Shown piece by piece: positions 59,346-64,000 of a stretch of 64,000 nt of DNA. This stretch comes from Desulfuromonadales bacterium. GTDB lineage: Bacteria; Desulfobacterota; Desulfuromonadia; Desulfuromonadales; SZUA-540. Location of the stretch: NCBI GenBank assembly GCA_033549025.1, contig JAWSUS010000002.1:250539-314538 (forward strand), written 5' to 3'. The translations under genes were made by a program, and so were the position numbers. The notes under the pieces were generated by a model. That model was given only the letters and a program-made list of their open reading frames with translations, had not been told where the DNA came from and made no database searches. Position 1 is the first letter of the stretch. Every line of letters starts with the position of its first letter.

Positions 59346-60178
59346 GCCACCGACTGACCCTGGGCTACTCGCCCTGCCCCAACGATACCTTTATCTTTCA
59401 CGCCCTCATTCATGGCCTGATCCCCACGGGCGACCTGCGTTTTCGCGAACGCCTTGAGGATGTGGAGACCCTCAACCGCCTGGCCCTGGAAGGCATCCTC
59501 GACCTGACCAAAATCAGCTACCATGCCTTGGGCCACCTGCGCGAGGACTACGCCCTCTTGCGCAGCGGCGGCGCCCTGGGCCGCGGCTGCGGTCCGCTGG
59601 TGGTGACAACCGGCGCTACCCGCATGGAGGAGCTGAAAGGGAAAAAGATCGCCATCCCCGGCCGCTTGACGACCGCCAATCTCCTGCTGCAGCTTTATGG
59701 CGAAGGGTTCGAGGACGTGCTGATTCTGCCTTTCGACCAGATCATGGCCGCAATCCGGGCGGGGCAGGTCGAAGCCGGGGTGATCATTCACGAATCCCGT
59801 TTCACCTACCAGGCTCACGGTCTGACCCAGGTGGCCGACCTCGGGGTCTGGTGGGAAAAAGAGACCGGCCTGCCCATCCCCCTGGGGGGCATTCTGGCCA
59901 AACGTTCACTGGGCGCCGCCACGATCGCCCGCGTCGAGGCAGCTCTGCGCGACAGCGTGGCCTACGCCCAGAGTCACCCGGAAAGCTCGCGGGCCTACAT
60001 CCGCCAGCACTCCCAGGAGCTGGCCGATGACGTCATTGCCAGCCACATCGCTCTTTACGTCAACCCCTTTTCCCTCGATCTGGGCGAAGAGGGGGTGCGG
60101 GCGGTGGAAACCCTACTGCAGCGGGCGGAGGAGCGGGGCATCATCCCGGCCAGCCGACAGCCTCTCTTTGTGACCTGA
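59342..60178 (+). CDS. mqnD: 1,4-dihydroxy-6-naphthoate synthase
   Basis: GYSPCPNDTF, DVETLN, GGALGRGCGP, IHESRF, HIALYVN. Confidence 0.93.
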   Translation: MSHRLTLGYSPCPNDTFIFHALIHGLIPTGDLRFRERLEDVETLNRLALEGILDLTKISYHALGHLREDYALLRSGGALGRGCGPLVVTTGATRMEELKGKKIAIPGRLTTANLLLQLYGEGFEDVLILPFDQIMAAIRAGQVEAGVIIHESRFTYQAHGLTQVADLGVWWEKETGLPIPLGGILAKRSLGAATIARVEAALRDSVAYAQSHPESSRAYIRQHSQELADDVIASHIALYVNPFSLDLGEEGVRAVETLLQRAEERGIIPASRQPLFVT

Positions 60179-60196
60179 AAGGGTCTGAAAAGACAT

Positions 60197-60232
60197 AAAA
60201 AAAAGCGACTCCCGGCAAGGAGTCGCTTTTTT
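60197..60232. terminator. Bidirectional terminator between mqnD and serA
   Basis: A8-GCGACTCC-loop-GGAGTCGC-T6. Confidence 0.85.
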
Positions 60233-60253
60233 TGTGCCAAAAGGACAGGCAGT

Positions 60254-61846
60254 TTACCGTGCCATGTGGACGGCTTTGATGAAGTGCGCTCCTACCGCCT
60301 CGGCCAGCCGGGCGACAGTCTCCTCCGGGATGGGGGCATCGAGGGAGAGAACTACCATGGCTTCGCCGGCTTTTTCGCGGCGCCCCAGGTTGAGGGAACC
60401 GATATTGATATCGGCTTCGCCCAGAATGGTACCGATTTTCCCGATCAGACCCGGCTTGTCATCGTAGGTGATGACCAGCATGTGCTCTTCCGGCTGGAAG
60501 TCGGTGTTGAAGTCACGCATCTTGACGATCTTGGGGACACCGTCGAACAGGGTGCCGGCGATGATGCGGCGCCCCTCGGGGGTCTCGATGGTCAGGGTGA
60601 TGAGGTTGGAGAAGGAGCCGGCTTCGGTGTTGCGCACCTCTTCCACGTCAATCCCCATATTGCGGGCGATGAGGCGGGCGTTGACCATGTTGACTTCCTG
60701 CTCAGTGTGCCGGTTGAGCAGCGTGGCCAGACCGCACACGGTCAAAGGAGCGCAGTCGTAGCGGGCCAGCTTGCCGTTGTAGGTGAAAGTGACCTTGTTG
60801 GGGTTGGGGGTCGCCAACTGGGAGATAAAGTCGCCGATACGGCTGACCAGGGCCATGAAGGGTTTCATATGGTCCATGAGGTCGGGATCGAAACGGGGGA
60901 TGTTGAGGGCGTTTTCCAAAGGGCGGCCGTCCAGATAGTTGACGATCTCCCGGCTGACGTCGATCGCCACGTTCTTCTGGGCTTCAAAGGTGTTGGCCCC
61001 GAGGTGGGGGGTGACGATCATTTTGGGGTGAGCGATGAGCTTCTGCAGGGTTTCGGTACGCGGGGGCTCTTCGCTCCACACGTCGAAAGCGGCGCCGGCC
61101 ACCTTGCTGCTTTCAAGGGCCGCCAGCATGGCCTCTTCGTTGATAATGCCGCCGCGGGCGCAGTTGACAATGATGACGCCATCCTTCATGCCGGGAAAAT
61201 GCTCGGCATTGAGCAAGTCGCGGGTTTCTTCGTTCAGGGGCGTATGTACGGTGATGATGTCGGCAAAGCGCACGATGTCTTCGAGGGAAACCAGCTTGAC
61301 ACCGAAATCTTCCGCCCGCTTTCCGGCAATGTAGGGATCGCAGGCGAGGACGTCGGCCTCGAAGGCCTTGCAGCGCAGGGCCACACGGCCACCGACCTTG
61401 CCGAGCCCAATGATGCCGACGGTCTTGCCCTTGAGTTCATAGCCGGTGAAGGGCGCCCGCTTCCACTCGCCGCTTTTGAGCGAGGCGTTGGCCACCGTGA
61501 CGTTGCGGCACAGGGACAGCAGAATGGCCATGGTGTGTTCGGCCGCCGAATTGACGTTGCCGAAAGGGGCATTGACCACGATCACCCCTTTGCCGCTGGC
61601 CGCCTCCACATCGACATTGTCGATACCGACCCCGGCGCGGGCGATTATCTTGAGCTTGGCGGCATGATCCAGCAGCGGCTGGTCGACCTGGGTGCCGCTG
61701 CGGGTAATGATGGCGTCGTAGGCTCCGATCGTCTGATGCAGTTCGGGAACGGACAGGCCGAGCTTGACGTCGAGTTCGATACGGGGATCATCGAGAAGGG
61801 GCTGGAGCCCTTCCTGGGAAATTTCATCGGTAACAAGGACCTTCAT
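60254..61846 (-). CDS. serA: D-3-phosphoglycerate dehydrogenase
   Basis: RAGVGIDN, GLGKVG, NCARGG, TPHLGA, ASB and ACT domains. Confidence 0.95.
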   Translation of the reverse strand: MKVLVTDEISQEGLQPLLDDPRIELDVKLGLSVPELHQTIGAYDAIITRSGTQVDQPLLDHAAKLKIIARAGVGIDNVDVEAASGKGVIVVNAPFGNVNSAAEHTMAILLSLCRNVTVANASLKSGEWKRAPFTGYELKGKTVGIIGLGKVGGRVALRCKAFEADVLACDPYIAGKRAEDFGVKLVSLEDIVRFADIITVHTPLNEETRDLLNAEHFPGMKDGVIIVNCARGGIINEEAMLAALESSKVAGAAFDVWSEEPPRTETLQKLIAHPKMIVTPHLGANTFEAQKNVAIDVSREIVNYLDGRPLENALNIPRFDPDLMDHMKPFMALVSRIGDFISQLATPNPNKVTFTYNGKLARYDCAPLTVCGLATLLNRHTEQEVNMVNARLIARNMGIDVEEVRNTEAGSFSNLITLTIETPEGRRIIAGTLFDGVPKIVKMRDFNTDFQPEEHMLVITYDDKPGLIGKIGTILGEADINIGSLNLGRREKAGEAMVVLSLDAPIPEETVARLAEAVGAHFIKAVHMAR

Positions 61847-61984
61847 GACGGCTCCTTTTTCGGGGAATGGGGACAGCCAAAAGACCCTGTCCCTTTTTAG
61901 GCAAGCGCAAATCTTAAAACTTTACAGCGCCCCTGTCAACGCCGTATACCACGCCAAAAGCCCGTCCGAGGCAGAGCCCGACGA

Positions 61985-62257
61985 TCATTTGATGCATTTG
62001 AGATGACCGCCTTTTTCCCCATCCTTCTCCGGGGCGGCACCATCGTCAGCGCGCGCACCTTCTTCTGAGTCTTCTCCGAGAAAGGGCAGGGTTTTTGTTT
62101 CAATCATGGTCTCGATGGAGGTGGCGATGGAGAGGCACTGCTTCATGCAGACGCGCCGCGCCGGGCAGCTGGTGCAGTCCGCTTCGCCGCCGGCGACGCG
62201 CAGGGCATGCACGACCAGTTCAACACTTTCAACCTGAGACAGCGGAATAAAAAACAT
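61985..62257 (-). CDS. Small Cys-rich hypothetical protein
   Basis: GGAGG RBS, ATG 62257; CTSCPARRVCMKQC. Confidence 0.7.
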   Translation of the reverse strand: MFFIPLSQVESVELVVHALRVAGGEADCTSCPARRVCMKQCLSIATSIETMIETKTLPFLGEDSEEGARADDGAAPEKDGEKGGHLKCIK

Positions 62258-62347
62258 GCTTTCCCTCCTGGCGGCGGGCAGATTGAACCGGCGCAACCTC
62301 ACGCCGGCCCAATCTGCCCGAGTTTCGGCCGAACACCCTACACTCTT

Positions 62348-63367
62348 TTACAGGGTTTTTCCAGCGACCGCCGCGTACTGCCGCAACTTTTCCATGACGG
62401 CGGCGAACTCCTGGGGCCGCAGGGACTGGGGACCGTCGCTGGCCGCCTTTTCGGGGCAGGGATGCACCTCGATGATGAGGCCGTCGCAGCCGGCGGCGAC
62501 TGCAGCATAGCTCATGGAGGGGACGAGGCTGGCATGGCCGGTGGCATGGGAGGGGTCGATGAGCACCGGCAGGTGGGTCTGCTCTTTGAGGACAGGCACC
62601 GCCGAAATATCCAGGGTGTTGCGAGTGGCGGTCTCGAAAGTGCGGATCCCCCGCTCGCAGAGAATGACGCGCCGGTTGCCCTCGGCCAGAATGTACTCGG
62701 CGCTCATGAGGAACTCCTGGATGGTGGTAGCCATGCCGCGTTTGAGCAGCACCGGTTTGTCGAGCTTGCCCAGCATTTTGAGCAGGGCGAAGTTCTGCAC
62801 GTTGCGCGCCCCCACCTGCATGATATCCGCATAGCGGGCCACCAGCTCGACGTCCCGGGGGTTGACCACCTCGGTGACGATGGGCAGGCCGGTTTCCTGA
62901 CGCGCCAGATCAAGCAGCTTCAGTCCCTCTTCCTCCATCCCCTGGAACGAATAGGGGCTCGTCCGCGGCTTGAACGCCCCGCCGCGCAGCACCTTGGCGC
63001 CAGCCGCCTTGACCGCCCTGGCCGTCTCGACGATCTGCTCTTCACTTTCCACCGAACAGGGGCCAGCCATGACCACCAGGGAAGAACCGCCTATGGTCAC
63101 ACCCGGCGCCAGCTCGATTTCACTGGGAGCGGGGCACACTTCCCGACTGGCCAGTTTGTAAGGCTTGAGGATGGGCACCACGCTCTCCACGCCGGGCATG
63201 GACTCCAGAGTCTGCAGCACCATCTTGCCCCGCTCATCCCCGACGGCGCCAATGACGTTGCGGGTCTCCCCGTGAATGACGTGGGGCTTGTAGCCAAGTT
63301 CGCGAATGCGTTTTTTCACTTCGGAAAGTTCTTCCTTGCCGACGCCCTGCTTCATGACGATGATCAT
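62348..63367 (-). CDS. aroF: DAHP synthase (class I-beta, N-terminal ACT-like domain)
   Basis: [44 protein letters not shown]. Confidence 0.95.
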   Translation of the reverse strand: MIIVMKQGVGKEELSEVKKRIRELGYKPHVIHGETRNVIGAVGDERGKMVLQTLESMPGVESVVPILKPYKLASREVCPAPSEIELAPGVTIGGSSLVVMAGPCSVESEEQIVETARAVKAAGAKVLRGGAFKPRTSPYSFQGMEEEGLKLLDLARQETGLPIVTEVVNPRDVELVARYADIMQVGARNVQNFALLKMLGKLDKPVLLKRGMATTIQEFLMSAEYILAEGNRRVILCERGIRTFETATRNTLDISAVPVLKEQTHLPVLIDPSHATGHASLVPSMSYAAVAAGCDGLIIEVHPCPEKAASDGPQSLRPQEFAAVMEKLRQYAAVAGKTL

Positions 63368-63407
63368 TTTTTTGCCTCCTGGTGTGTGATCGCCTTGCCG
63401 TTAAATG

Positions 63408-63441
63408 AAAAAGGCCCCGGAGCTGGTCCCGGAGCCTTTTT
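63408..63441 (-). terminator. Second terminator-like hairpin in the aroF leader
   Basis: AAAAAGGCTCCGG...CCGGGGCCTTTTT on the minus strand. Confidence 0.65.
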
Positions 63442-63457
63442 GATTTCGATCACAAGC

Positions 63458-63500
63458 AAAAAGACCACGGGAAAACCCTCTGCCGGTCTGCCCATGGTCT
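63458..63500 (-). terminator. Attenuator terminator in the aroF leader
   Basis: AGACCATGGG...CCCGTGGTCT-TTTT on the minus strand. Confidence 0.7.
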
Positions 63501-63526
63501 CTGTCGGTTTGGTGTGTGGAGCCTTC

Positions 63527-63616
63527 TTACGCCAGCAAACCTCTTCCCAGGGCAGACGGTCTAAAATAACCGTACCAAAAGAAAAAGCGGCTAAAGATGG
63601 CGAAGGAAGAAAACAT
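63527..63616 (-). CDS. Aromatic-amino-acid leader peptide
   Basis: GGAG RBS; MFSSFAIFSRFFFWYGYFRPSALGRGLLA*. Confidence 0.8.
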   Translation of the reverse strand: MFSSFAIFSRFFFWYGYFRPSALGRGLLA

Positions 63617-63730
63617 GCTCTGCTCCATTAAAAATCAATGATTTTCTCTTTTAGCAGTATTCAGGAGAGATAGCAAGAACTAAGTTGACCCCCTGCAAAG
63701 ACGCCTTCGTCAGAATCCTGATATTTTTTC

Positions 63731-63759
63731 TTGACAGCACAAAGCGATTTAGCTATAAA
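63731..63759 (+). promoter_or_regulatory. sigma70 promoter of tRNA-Phe
   Basis: TTGACA-17-TATAAA. Confidence 0.8.
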
Positions 63760-63772
63760 CGGGCTTCCAAAC

Positions 63773-63848
<76 letters not shown>

Positions 63849-63857
63849 GAAAAATCA

Positions 63858-63895
63858 AGGGGTTAGCCTTATCGGGCCAACCCCTTTTTCTTTTA
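63858..63895 (+). terminator. Terminator after tRNA-Phe
   Basis: AAGGGGTTAGCC...GGCCAACCCCTT followed by a T-run. Confidence 0.75.
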
Positions 63896-64000
63896 CTTGA
63901 TCCACTCGCCAGAACTTACCTACTGTAACACCCCGCGCGTTTTGGCACTGGATTGCGCTCGGTTTGGCACTTGCTAAACGTGTTCGACCCTCTCTCCATC

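Overview
GC-rich chromosomal window, most likely from a Desulfuromonadales/Geobacterales-type deltaproteobacterium (inferred from gene content). Most genes are housekeeping or accessory metabolic: a JAB-DinG helicase, selenocysteine peroxiredoxin, MacAB-like ABC exporter, PAS-GGDEF/PilZ pair, pilT, cydAB, an AlaA-like aminotransferase, gshA, tkt, an ECF sigma operon, lexA-imuB-dnaE2, methylmalonyl-CoA pathway genes, mqnB/mqnD, serA, aroF and tRNA-Phe. The most interesting signals are ones the ORF track misses. (1) An alanine-rich leader peptide with terminator/antiterminator sits upstream of the aminotransferase (candidate alanine-sensing attenuator). (2) A Phe/Trp/Tyr leader peptide with two hairpin terminators sits upstream of aroF. 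(3) A 240-bp-period tandem array contains three putative sRNA genes with anti-Shine-Dalgarno loops, one with a completely replaced stem. (4) An intact IscB-omegaRNA element is inserted exactly between the RBS and the ATG of tkt. (5) A module of tiny CPACG lipoprotein, porin and FG-GAP protein occurs twice around a triple-rhodanese lipoprotein (candidate outer-envelope sulfur/redox system). All calls come from reading the sequence; no database searches or folding programs were run.
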